From positions 558,001 to 622,000 of the forward strand of contig CAJFCJ010000014.1 of the NCBI GenBank assembly GCA_904063045.1: a stretch of DNA of 64,000 bases. Direction: 5' to 3'. This document shows, one piece after another, positions 12,823-26,051 of the stretch (within the stretch, counting starts at the first letter, position 1; the number at the start of each line of letters is the position of its first letter). This DNA is from Dimorphilus gyrociliatus. Lineage: Eukaryota > Animalia > Annelida. Under the pieces are notes generated by a model. That model ran no database searches, was not told where the DNA came from, and worked only from the letters and a program-made list of their open reading frames with translations. The position numbers and the translations under genes were made by a program.

Positions 12823-15564
12823 ATGATTAATTTTACAACTATTTTATATTGCATACTTGTACTTGTAATCATCTTTATTGCATCAGTTATTTATCTTGGA
12901 AGGAATCGGTTTAAAAAGGTATCGACTCTATTTAGTTTTATTGTTATTTTGATATTTTGGTTTATACGTGTAGACAACTAACGAAATCAATAAACCGGCA
13001 GCTGAACGATTTTCATTCAGCTTGTTTTTTTAAAGAAACAATATGTTATATATCATTTTCTGTTTTATTATAGCAATCGAAACCTATAAGAGGCGTCGAT
13101 ATCCTACATTTACTCAAATCTCAAAAGGTAAGACGATATTTAATTAAACTTTCCGTTCCAAATGGTTAATATACTTTGTCATATGTAGCCATTTCCCATC
13201 GGATATCCAGGCTGGAGGCTAAATAAATATGAATATGAACAAAGATTATGGAAAAGCGAATTAGTGTCTGATGTTTTACCTAATTCTATACCTATTTATG
13301 GTTCTTTCGCTAAAATAAAAGCTTCTTCTCAAACTGTATTAAATACTTTAAAAGACATTAATAAATATCATGAATGGAACCCTGGTGTATGTCAAACCAG
13401 GCAAATAACAGTTGCGGATGAAGTTAATCAACCCTCCAAACATAAAGGCTCTTCATCTGGAGTCGTACAACACGATATTGTCTCAATAGAAATTGAGCAT
13501 ATGCCATATCTATTAGCTAGATTTGTCAATTGGGTATGGTACAAAATCCAGGGTGATGGTTTACTTAGATTGGTGTCTCTTGTGCACAGATATTGGAATA
13601 AACAAGAGAGCAATACCTGGTGGTTCTTGGAAATGATGGAAAGGGAGCAAAAGTGGTACTTTTATCTGTTGCAAAACATTGAAGGCTTCTTTGGTGAGTA
13701 ATTGGAATCTTTATCTTTTCGCTTTCTTATTATTCATTTTTTAAATGTTTCTATTTTCAATCCATATTAAGAAATCGATCAGATTTTGGTTACAGTAATA
13801 TCTTCACCGGAACCTGATGCTGCTATTAAGCTAGCTTGTTTGCAACACGTTTTGTCCTACCGAAAAGTTCAAACAGCTGCACTAACGAATATATCCCTAC
13901 CAGTTTCATCAGTGGATGAAAATGAAGAAGGGGATACTACTCAAAAAACTACTATGCAATCAAATCCAGTTGATCAATTGGAAAATTCTACTAAGCCTAA
14001 ATTACGACATTTTGCAGAAGTTGTTGATGCGGCCGTTAAAAATAATCCTCAAACTTCAAATCCTTCTTCTTCTCAAACAAAGTCGTCAGATTTTGTTCTT
14101 AAATTTAAACAATTAATTGAAGAGAAAAAAGATTGGTTTAAGTCTGACGAAAGGAGGAAGAAAGCTAATCAAAGAGATGCCGCCAATATCCTAAAACCAA
14201 CTGAACCTTCCAATAAATCTGAAACAAAAGATAAAAAGTTCTTTTCAAGATTCTTGAATAGATCAAATACATCTCCAGACGTATTCGAAGGTATTCCAAA
14301 AGATCAGCTACCTATTCAACTAAGAAGCGTTGATCAGGAATCGTCTACAAAAATAACAGAGGAGAGCGATAAACTCAGTATTCATAGTGATGAAGAATCA
14401 TCAAATAGTATTCTTACAGATGAAGAATCAGGTACATACCGTAAAATTTTGTTTTTGTGTATTTGTTATTGTTTTACTAATTTGAAATTATCTTAATTCT
14501 GTTTATAAATGTGTATAAAAAGATATACATATGATAAGAGGGATCATCCACACAGGATACTCGATGGACGAAACATTCCGTAAAGCTGCGAATGAAGCTG
14601 CTAACGAGCTATTGAACGAGGTGTATATTAGTGCTTAGTGTACTTAATAGGATTACCGTGATATTAATATATATATATATGTTATTATATTGATTATTAA
14701 ATTATATATAGAAAGCTCATATTGCAAACCTGGATATTATGAAAACAATGGATGAACAAGCTGAAGCAACGAGCGGTTGGGTATATTGTGGATTAGAGAA
14801 AGAGATTGTTATCTTGCGTAAAGTTTTTGATGATAGTGGTTCAAATTTACAATGGTTAATTAATTGATGTTGTTTTAGTTAATGAATAATCGAAAATATT
14901 TATTTTTTTTCATTATCTATCTATTAATATAGTTATTTGGGTAAAGGAGTAGTTCCTGCCGCTCCAAAAACTGTATTCGAAGCGGTTCGTAACCCACAAA
15001 CACGTTTCACGTACGATGAAATGTTAAAGGTTTGTTGTGTTACTGATGCTTTATCTATACATGCAGTATATATTATTTTTAGTTTATACCCCTAATTTCT
15101 TGTTCTATTTTTAGAAAACTGAAGTTTTACATGATTTTGGAAATGGATTAAAAGTTATATATCTTTATCATGAAGTATCGCAATTATTCCGTAAAGAAGC
15201 GAGAGATTTTTGTATTGTTCAATTAGAGAAAATGGACGGCGTTAAGTACGTTGTTAGTATGCGTTCGGTTGGTTGGCCAGGTTGCGAGGAGACAGAGAGT
15301 ACAACTAGAGGAAAAGTTCATCCAAGCGGCTGGATTATTGAACCCATAACCAGGGATCAAAAACTTTATTCCATGGTAACTTATATAACCCAATTCGAGT
15401 TGGGTTTAAGTAAGACGGGAACGGGATATCTCGTAGAAGAACTGGCCGCAAAGCAGCCACTAGCTATATCGTTCCTGAGACAAGTTCTAACTCAGAATCC
15501 ACTACTAGCCGAGGGTCCAGATAAACGCAAGGCATCGGTATCATCCACATCAACAGATACTTAA
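12823..15564 (+). CDS. Membrane-anchored protein with two START-like lipid-binding domains, about 8 exons
   Basis: Exon 1 MINFTTILYCILVLVIIFIASVIYLGRNRFKK (signal anchor) splices in phase 0 to QSKPIRGVDILHLLKSQK and then PFPIGYPGWRL...ASSQTVLNTLKDINKYHEWNPG (START-like 1). After a low-complexity linker comes SGWVYCGLEKEIVILRK...YLGKGVVPAAPKTVFEAVRNP...YDEMLK...ARDFCIV...RGKVHPSGWIIEP...MVTYITQFELG (START 2). Confidence 0.7.
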
Positions 15565-16833
15565 TGGAAGATAGAAGATGGAAAGAAATAGATATTCTTA
15601 TAATTATTATCAATAGTATTACCAAGATTGTATTGTTTTCATACTGAATTAATAAATTAGGGAGAAAAGAGTAATAAATACTTTTTTTTCAAACAGAAAC
15701 CATTTCTGCTATTTATCAAAAGGACCGAACTTTTACTTAAAAAAAAGTTTACCCGCACTTTAAAGAGTACATTTTGTTATAGTAACAAAAGACATAGCTT
15801 TATAACACGTTCTTCGCTAAAATATATACAACTGGTCTAACAAAGTTACGTAACGTTATACGCGATATAGAAGGAAAAGAAATGCGACAAGAAGTATGCA
15901 AATATGTGGGCGTGGCTAAATCTGTCTATCGTCCAATTAAGTACGTCGTAGGGCGTTGTACGCTTTCACTTATCTGGATGACTTTCTCCAGTATTCTCCC
16001 GAGATAAGAAATTAGGTATTTCAATTGATTTTCCTTTTTGTATATAAAAGACGGAGGTTTTAAAGTAAGTAATAAATTATATTGTTCTGTTTATTAATAA
16101 ATAAATCTTGTCAGTTCTATCACCCTAATTTGCCAAAGTTTAAACGCTAAAATTATAAACAAGCATCCAAAGGGTGATAAATCACGTTTTGCCCGACAAA
16201 AAGAGAAGCTGACCGGGTCGTCAATGGTGAAAGTTGTTTGTCAAACGCAAAACTCAATGCCTTATCTCGATTTTATCATCAGATCTCCCACCTGCTTCCG
16301 TTTCCCTTTACATACTAACAGATTATTAAGTTTCTAGCTTCTAACCCTAACCCGCCCTCTCTCCCTACTTCACTCTTCACTCTACATCGAAGGATCGTTC
16401 AAAGCTCTTGTAGTTTTTTTTCTCTCTCCAATCGAATCCTGTAATTTTTTTTTCGTCAACTATTACCTATTGCCTTCCCTTTGCCCATAAGAATATTGTA
16501 TCCTTCAAATAGAGGTTAAGGATAAGTAAGTATTTATACATTTGGCGTCAATACGTATACTAATCCTATTGTTTTTTGAACAAGAATGTCTGGACTTTTC
16601 TTCCCTTTTCATTTCATTTGATTTATTGTTTATTAAACGTCGTGATAGTATTTATTCATTTTACAACAACATATATATAATTCTTAATCAATATTAACGA
16701 CCTAACTTTTGTCGGCTTCTCCTTTTATATAGGCTTTTTTTTTTGTTAGATTGTAAATTTCTTTCCCAATGGATTATTAACTTATAGGCTATCTTGAAGA
16801 GATAATCTATTATTATCTATAATATATGCATTC

Positions 16834-16934
16834 ATATATATATATATATATATATATATTTCAAATATTTTCTCTTATAACTATTATATAATAATATTTA
16901 TATACTTAATATATATATATATATATATATATAT
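16834..16934. repeat. Two (TA)n microsatellites in the intron-like region upstream of the papilin start
   Basis: Runs of about 13 TA units at 16834-16859 and 16909-16934. Confidence 0.9.
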
Positions 16935-17002
16935 GTTCTATATTTATCCTGTTATAGGCCTAATTTAGTAATCGATCTTTAATTCTTTATTACAGGTTTC
17001 AA

Positions 17003-20000
17003 ATGACACTAATGAAATTCTCCGGAATATTAGTTTTCTTATTTTTTATCATCAAGGTAGGAAAAGAAAAACAATATTATAAATATAATTAAAGATAAGG
17101 GCTTTTCTTTTAAAGCCGTAATTAAATATGTAAATTTATTCGTATAAATTACCATAATTGAACGTTTTTTTAAGAATGAATGTTTCTATGTTTTCAAAAA
17201 GGAGGGAAAGAGTTTAAAAGTTTCAAATGAGAATGATTGGCTTGATTTAACAAAGTGCTCTAAAACTTGTGGAACGGGAATTATCCTGAAGGAGAAGAAG
17301 TGTCCGGACAATTTTGAAAATAATCTACTTGAGTAAGTGATTGCACTTGTTAGAACGTTTCAATAACAATTATTTATCTCTTCTACAATTCTTAACTGTA
17401 GAAATGGTTTGCCTTGTATTAAAGAAAAAGCCTATTTTATCTGTAATACTCAACCATGTTACTCGGCGTCTAATTCTCATCAAGACGCTTGTAATAGATA
17501 CAATCATATAACATTTGCGGGTAGAAAGTACAACTGGCAAGCATTTCGTAGTAAGTTTTTCATAAGAATAATTAAACAAAATGAATATCCATTTTACATA
17601 AATTAAGAAATTTCTCTTTCTTTTCATTAAAACAGCGGAAAATGAGTGTAGTTTACTCTGTTTAGCGGTAAATTCTTCAACAGAACCATCAAAGACACGG
17701 CTATCATTTAGGACAGTTGCTGTCGATGGTACAAATTGCCAATACGAAAAGGATAAAGTATGCTTAGCGGGAGAATGTACGGTAAGATTATTCTTTCTTT
17801 GAATATAGTACTTCCTTAAATACTCTACTTAAAATCCATTCTGTCTCGCCCACTCCGCTTACAATAAAGTATATATTAATTTCTGCCCCCTCCTTTCCTT
17901 TATAGTCCTATGGTTGCGATAATCAATTAAATTCAAAGGCTATTAGAGATGTTTGTAACGTTTGTAACGGTGACAATTCAACATGTAGCCTTTTTGAGAA
18001 GAGGATTAAGGTTTCAAATTTGGAAAATGGCTATCAGCATCTAATTTTGGTACCTCGTTTGTCGAGTAGTATAAAAATATTGGAGGTATCGCATTCGAAG
18101 AATGATTTTGGTAATATTAATTCCTTGATTATAGATTATCTAACTACTTAATTGATTATCAATTAGCCGTAAAAAACCTATCCGGATTCTACTATTTAAA
18201 TGGGAATTACTCTCTTCACAAGCACATCGTTATTAATCGTGGAAATTATACTATTCGTTATAATAATCCAGAAGATATTGGTAAAGAAGAATTTCGAAAG
18301 AGTCTTATCATTGATGAACAGATAAATGAAGATTTAGTTATCGAGGTTTTATTATTCTTTCATTACAAACGTTTATTCTTATAGCAATCTCTCCGTTTCC
18401 TTTAAAGTTTATGAAACAAGAGAAAGATCCTCTTGGAGAAGTTCTTATTCAATTTTATTTACCAAATACTTACAAACACGAACATTTATGGAGAACTTCC
18501 GATTGGTCACTTTGTTCCAAGTCCTGCTCCAGAGGAACAAAAACTAGAAGTGCTTATTGTGTAAGAAAGATGACAGAGAAAGTTACAGATGATTCATTTT
18601 GTGAGGAGCAGAAGCCTATTCTGATCGCCGAGTGTAACAAGATGCCTTGTCCCGCTAAGTAAGTTGTCTTGTACAATTGTGATATTCTTGTAAGTATTTC
18701 ATACCTTTTGCCACAGTTGGACTACTGGACCTTGGCAAAAATGTTCGGAATATTGCGGCGAAGGTATTCAATATAGAACCGTTACATGTATTCAACAATC
18801 TGATTCGAATGGTACCGAAACGAAGGACGATAGCGAATGTTCCATTTACAATAAACCAATATCGACTAGAAGTTGTAAAACTGGTAGGGATTGTCCAAAA
18901 TGGACTGTTGGAAATTGGACCAAGTGTGGTGCTATTTGTGGTTGGGGGGTAAAGAGAAGACTAGTTGCCTGTCATTTAAAGTTATCCGGTAGGAAAAGTG
19001 GATTCGTATCCGAGGCTTTGTGCGACGGTAGACAAAAACCTAACGCTTCTATGGAATGTTACGCAGGACCTTGTTCGGGTTTTGAATGGGCAGCTTCGGA
19101 ATGGGGAAAGGTTCGTTAAAAGTGAAAGTATTGTTTTCTTATTTTCCTTACGATTACATAACGTTTTTAGTGTATGGGCAAATGTGAATCTCTATATGGT
19201 TCTAGAACTAGACATGTCGTCTGCATGAGCGAATCTGGAGAGCCATATTCCGACGAATTCTGCTTGCCAAAACCTAAACCAAACACCAAAGATATTTGTA
19301 AGAATGTTGAATGTAATGAAAAACCAGATTGGTACGTTTCCAGTTGGAGTGATGTAAGGCATACACTTATATATTAGCTATCTCTTTCTCTTTCTTTATC
19401 TCTCTCTCTCTAACTTCATACCTTAATTTAGTGTTCAAGTAAATGCGGTAAAGGAATTCAAACAAGAACGAAATTATGTGCAATTCGAAAGCATGGAAGT
19501 ATATTAAGAGTTGAGGACTGGAAGTGCGATGAAAAGACTGAAACATCGAGGGAATGTAACGGAACTAAATGCGATGGTCTGTGGATAACAACCCCTTTTG
19601 GATTGGTAAGGATATATTCATTTCTTTGAATTTGATATCATTTCCTTCAACACGGAAATTTAATAGTGTTCGAAATCTTGCGGAGGAGGGAAAAGATCAA
19701 GAGTCGTATTGTGTCTCAAAGACGAATGTGACGTCACTATTAAACCTAAAACTCAGGAAGATTGTAATATAGATTTATGTTCAACGGCTTCAAAGGCGGA
19801 ATGCGAAGGAGCTGAATGTAAAGTTCCAGCCGATTCGGTTGGTAGCTGCAAAGATTCGGACTTTGGTTGTTGCGCCGATGGTAAATCGTTTGCCGAGGGT
19901 CCTTTTAAAAAAGGTTGCCCTATTCCAAGTTCTCTGATGTGTAACGTAAGTAGAAAAATATTTAAAGTGTTTTTTTTTTAGCTGAATCAATTGTTTTCAT

Positions 20001-23000
20001 TTTTTTACGGCAACAGGATACAGAATTCGGATGCTGTCCAGATGGGGTGACTGTTGCGGGTGTAAGCGATAAATCAGATTGTCCAATTTATGGTATAGAC
20101 TGTGCAAAAAGTTTGTTTGGTTGTTGTAATGATGGAAAATCATTCGCCCATGGTCCAAATAAAAAAGGATGTGCAAATGAGACCAATTGTGAACAATCTA
20201 CTTATGGCTGTTGTCGGGACGGCATAACATCTGCTAAAGGGAGAAATCTTTTAGGATGTTTAGAGGAAGAAGAAGGATCTGGAGAAGAAGATTGTCAAAA
20301 TTCAGAAATTGGTTGTTCGCCGATAATTACTTCTTTGAGGACAAATTGCAGGAATACTAAATACGGTTGCTGCTCAGACGACGTAACTGTAGCTCTTACT
20401 AAAGACCGGTCGGATTGTCCTCCAATAAAAACTAGTCAGTTTTCCTGTATAAAATCAAAGTACGAATGCTGCCCAGACGGTAAAAGTGTGCCAAGCGGTC
20501 CTTATTTTGAGGTCTTTTTCATCCTATTTTAATATTGGGCGTATGCTTTTAAGAGAATGACCTATTTCAAACAGAGTTGTGCCGAAAAACTGAAAGAAAC
20601 GTGCGAAAAGGCAAAATATGGTTGTTGTAAAGACTCTTCAAGAGGTCAGGAAGGTCCAAATGGTATCGGATGTCAAGAATTCGATTTATCAAGTACTTAA
20701 TCATTTTATTATTCATAGAAAATAATTAATAATACACTCGATCTTTTATAGAGGCTTGTTGGTTAAACCCCGAAAGGGGAGAAGGCCATCGATACGTTGA
20801 AAAATGGTACTTTGATACAGCTACAGGGATATGCCAAAATTTCTGGTACGGTTCCGAGGGTGGTAATCTCAATAGATTTGAAAGTGAACACGAATGCCAA
20901 TGGAATTGTGTTAAACCCGTCGGATTAAGTAATTAACTAAATTATTCATTTTGTCATTATATGAATAATATTTTTGTTTCTTTTTTAAAATAGAGAGGTG
21001 TTTCCTTCCTCTTGCAGAAGGAAGATGTAATCAGGAATTTTCAATGTTCTATTACGATTATAAATTACAAAGATGCACACCATTTATCTTTTCTGGTTGC
21101 GATGGTAATGAAAATAAATTTAATTCAATTGAAGAATGCGAGACGAGATGCGAAGAACCACTAAGAGATGGTAAATAATCTACAAATAATTGAAAATTCT
21201 TCTTCTTTTAGTAACTTAATACCTTTTTCATTGACAGATGTTTGCCGACAACCAAAGAAATCTGGTCCTTGTAGAGGTTCATTCGATAGATGGTTCTTCG
21301 ACTCCGAATCTAATTCCTGTCGGCAGTTTATCTACGGTGGTTGTTGGGGTAACGACAATCGTTTCGAGACGAAGAATGACTGCGAGCATAGATGCTTGAA
21401 CGATACCGAAAAAGAATCTCAATTCAATAAAGACGGTTAGACAAAACAACAATATAAATAATGTTATATAGAATAATATAAATACATCTATATCTGTAGT
21501 TTGTCATCTCAATCCGGACCAAGGGCCTTGTCGATCGAATTTAGCCAGATGGTTTTACGATAGTTTGGAAAAGACTTGTTATAAATTCAATTATGGAGGT
21601 TGTAAGGGCAATGCTAACAGATTCTATACAAAGAAAGCTTGTGAGAAATCCTGTTCGAGTGTAGTCAGCATAATACCAGGTGTCTATCTAACATAAATAT
21701 TCAATCTATAAATAGAGTTTCAACTTGTTCATTATTCTTTTATTTAATAGAAAATCGTTGCTCATTACCACGAGAAGAAGGTATCTATTGTAGTACAACG
21801 TCTAAACGATGGTACTTTTCATTCAAACATCAAAAATGCCTGCCATTTACGTATTTCGGTTGTTTGGGAAATGCTAATAGATTCTCAAACGAGGAAGAAT
21901 GTTTAAGCGAATGTTCTAATCATATAACAACTCCCGCTCCGCCTCGTCAAAGTAATCAATCATTTAAATAAATTCAATATAGCATCCCTAATATTGATGT
22001 CCTTTCAAATTAAATAGTTAAATGTAGACTGGCGCCAGATCATGGTCCTTGTAATGAGACTGTTACAGCATTCTACTACAATCCAAAGGAGAAAAGATGC
22101 AAGAAATTTGAATATGGAGGATGCGGTGGCAATCTCAATAGATTTCCATCTAGAGGAGAGTGTTGGTCGGAGTGTTCTATAGTAGATATTCCACAGAAGG
22201 ACGGTTCGTTATCCTAATAGCTTTGTCTTCTTTGTATAGATGAATAACATAATTTCGTTGTTATTGTCCTATAATTTTATATTTTAATGATTTCTATCGA
22301 TTTTATTAGTATTTTTAGTTCATGTTGTCAATCTAACAACAATGTTGTCTACAATTTAACAGTCCATTGGTACCAGGAATGTTCAAAACCTCCTGTACAA
22401 GGACCCTGCAATAGTAAGAAAATTAAGCATTACTATCTAGCTAAAAGTGGTACTTGTCGACGATTTTGGTACAGTGGATGCGGTGGTAATGCTAACAGAT
22501 TTGAGAGCAGGAAAGAATGCGACTATACTTGTGCTAAAATCAGAAAAAGAGGTGTATATTAGAATTATCAATTATTTTAGCAAATGTTGTAATAATTTAG
22601 TTAATTAGTTATGCATTTTATTCGTTTGTTGTCCTATTTAAATAATTTATTTAAATTAATAGATAGATGTCTCGGAGGGGTTGACAAAACCTTCTGCGGT
22701 TCTAGACTTGTTCGTTGGTATTATAATAATGAGACGGAAAGATGCGAAGAGTTCTCTTATGGTGGTTGCTATCCTAATGGAAATAACTTTCATAGTTGGC
22801 AGGAATGCGCAAAGTTATGCGAAGGATACGAACCACCGACGGAAATACCCGATTACCAGACTACTCAATCAACTAAAATTGTTCCTCAATTACCCGAGAA
22901 ATGCTTCTTAAGAAAGCGTCGAGGACCGTGCAGCGAACTAACGTTAAGATTCTATTACGATAATTTACATTCAAAATGTCGACCATTTATGTTCGGTGGT

Positions 23001-25041
23001 TGCGATGGTAATGAAAATAACTTTCAAACCCAAGAAGAATGCTACCAATCATGCCCAAAAAAGTTACCCAATGCAATTGTACATAGTGAAGGTTAGTCAT
23101 CTGATTTGAATATTTAATTAATTAATTCTTTTTGTTCTAACCTCTAAAATATACTGATAGATGACTGCTATAAAAGTCCTGAAAGTGGAGAATGCGGTGC
23201 TTTCCTGGAACGTTATTATTGGAATGTTACTAGTGGGATTTGTAGTAGGTTTATGTATGGAGGATGCGAAGGAAATGGAAATAATTTCATTTCGGAATCG
23301 GATTGCTACTCATTTTGTCAAACTAAAGCTTCAATGCGTAATTTCTTTTTTTTCTTAATCTTATCCTTTTCTCTTATCAATTATTTATAATTATTACTTT
23401 ATCTAAAAAAAAACAAACAAACAACAGCAAGATGCCCCAAGAACTTGATATGTAAGAATAATTGTAAATTTGGTTATCTTATTGACAAATATGGATGCGA
23501 AACTTGCGAATGTGCTCTAAATCCTTGCTTAGTGAGTATGAAATATTCATTACTTAATAACGTATATAGACGGTTGTTATAATTATGTTTAGACTGTTCT
23601 CTGCGCTAAAGGCTACGAATGTTCACTTGTCAAGAATGCTTGTGTAAGGAAACCTTGTCCATTGTATGTTACAGGTTGCGTTAAAGTTACAGGTAATTTC
23701 GTTAGCATATAAAATCTAGTATTTAATAGAAGGAATAGGGGACAGAATACAGCATGTTTTATACTGATCTTTTAGAGAAGGAAGGTAAATGCCCTGATCA
23801 TTGGAATCTTCCGGCATCTTGTAGAGCCGAGTGTAAAAGGGACGACGACTGCGACGGTGATTTTAAATGCTGTTCGAATGGTTGCGGTAGATTGTGTGTT
23901 GATCCCTTATCGAATAATATACAAATTCCAGTAGAAGGTGTATAAATATTGACTACTGATTTAATTGTTTGTCTAATTAACGTTCTTGCTAATTAGAATC
24001 TCCAGCTAAAATCACCTTGAGGAAGAAGGCTATCATTTCAAGGGCGTTACAAAACAGTAATATAGTTTTTGACTGTCCTGTTCGAGGATATCCAAAACCG
24101 GATATAATATGGATAAAAGATAATAGGCCTGTAGATCAAAATGAGAATGTCTACATGGGCAAAAATGGCTCTCTACATATAGATAATATAGTAAGCCAAG
24201 ATTCTGGAAGCTATATCTGTAGCGCTGCAAATGAATTAGGAAGAGACTCTGCAACATACACACTAGTAGTTCAAGGTAATATTAATTGTTTTATTAGAAC
24301 ATATAATACACTAAATAAATGAACAGATATACCAAGGATGTATAAACGAAACGATTCTGTAACAATAGAGGAAGGCTACGGCTATCAAATAACTTGTCCA
24401 ATTATTGAATCATCTCAATTTAAAATAACCTGGCGTTTTAATGGTAGATTTTTAAAGGATACATCCAAAATATTAAGAATATCCAAAACCAACATATTCG
24501 ATTCTGGAAAATATATGTGTATTGCAAGTAGTTTGGCCGGAAGTACTAGTTACGTCATGGATCTTCAAGTATTACCGAAATTGAAAGCAATTATACAAGA
24601 GCACAATACATCGTGGCCAATTAATTATGAGACTGAATTGGTCTGTTTCTCAAATCATCCAAATGCATCTATAACTTGGCTAAAAGATGGTGAAATCATT
24701 TCGAATTCGTCTACATATTTAGTACGAAAGGTTAAGAAATCTCATCAAGGGACATATATTTGTCAGGTTCAATCCAACGTTGGTTGGGCGAGTAATCGTA
24801 CAACAGTTCATATAAAAGGTATATTTATTTAATATTTCCCTTATACAGTATAGCACCACTCTTATCTTACTATACATTAGGTTTCATCTATCCACCTACT
24901 TGTACGGATTCGCCTCCAGATATATTCAATTGCAAGATACTCGTAAGATTCGGAAGGCAATGTACGAAATCATTCTTTTTCAAGTTTTGCTGTATATCCT
25001 GCCACAAAGCTGGAATGACGCCAAAAGGCTTTATATTGTAG
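17003..25041 (+). CDS. PAPLN: Papilin (ADAMTS-like ECM glycoprotein): signal peptide, TSP1, Cys-rich/spacer, several TSP1, 7-8 lagrin-type Cys repeats, 10 Kunitz, antistasin-like, WAP, 3 Ig, PLAC; more than 25 exons
   Basis: MKFSGILVFLFFIIK; WxxCSKTCGTG; WRTSDWSLCSKSCSRG; repeated CxxSxxGCCxDG; ten FxYGGCxGNxNxF-type domains; CKNNCKFGYLIDKYGCETCEC; CRAECKRDDDCDGDFKCCSNGCGRLC; WIKD..GSYIC Ig sets; CTDSPPDIFNCKILVRFGRQC..KFCCISC. Start is 17003 or 17012. Confidence 0.93.
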
Positions 25042-25261
25042 AGAAATAATGGTTTAAAATTATAATGTTTTTTCTATTTTTTGTTTAGTTTTGAAGGAAA
25101 AAAAAAGATTTATTTAGGTCGTCCATCTTTCATTTTTGGTCGTTGTTTAGTCATTTTTTTTCTTTTTTGCTGTTTAGTTCTCATAATAATTATTAAAGAT
25201 ATTGTTTATTATTATTATTTCAAAACTTTCTTTCTCTCTCTCTCTCTCTCTCTTCCTTTTT

Positions 25262-25826
25262 TTATACATGAATAAAATGGGTAAAAGGTCCATTTGTTTG
25301 AATATTCAACACTTGTCGATTACCATAGGTTCCATTTTGAACGACACTGTTTGCCTTATTCTCTTGGATCAACTTTTTACAAATATCAATAAATTTATTG
25401 TATACATCGAGACCTTCAGTTTTACTGAGATTGGTATGATATTGCATAGATTTTCCTTTTAATTTTCCACCTAATGTAGCTTGCGGAATGATTAGAACAT
25501 CACCATTAATTTGCAAAATATTCTGTAATTTTCCACCACTTTCGTAATTTTCACTTAATTTCGCTTGTAAGACGGAACGTGCTAATAATAAACAGAAAAA
25601 AGGCGATAATAAATAAACGTTCTTAATTTCTATTGTATTTCCTACCTAATTTTTCTATTTTCTCATCGGTGATTCCACGTAGGAAACAAATATAGATTAT
25701 TAAACCTCTATCAATATTTACAAATACCCCATCTGGGTTATCATCATTCGGTGGAATAACTTGTAATTTAGCAGATAAACATTGTTGTAGAACTGCTATA
25801 CCACTATTTTCAACAGTATCAGTCAT
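25262..25826 (-). CDS. DTD2: D-aminoacyl-tRNA deacylase 2 (Animalia-specific tRNA deacylase, ATD), 2 exons
   Basis: AVLQQCLSAKLQV, RGLIIYICFLRG, DVLIIPQATLGGKLKGKSMQYH and GTYGNRQVLNIQTNGPFTH. Confidence 0.93.
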
Positions 25827-26051
25827 TATAGAAGAAAAAATTCACTAGGACACTCAATAATGTGTAGAGATAACAAAGTCATTCTATGGACATCGCAAAA
25901 AAAATTGTTTTTTTTTAAAGATAGAAAGATAACAAAAAATTGGATATATATTCGATTGAAAATTTAAAAATTCCCGCTTCTTTTTTTCTTTATCTAATAA
26001 TTAGACAAAGATAATTAATTAACGATAAAACAATAAAATATTAAATTGACC

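Noticed and set aside
12570-12872. Minus-strand 100-aa ORF resembling a membrane protein
   Set aside because: It partly overlaps the real hydrophobic first exon of the START gene on the plus strand, the rest is AT-rich low-complexity sequence, and it has no family motif.
16343-16354. TAACCCTAACCC telomere-like repeat
   Set aside because: Only two units, which is expected by chance.
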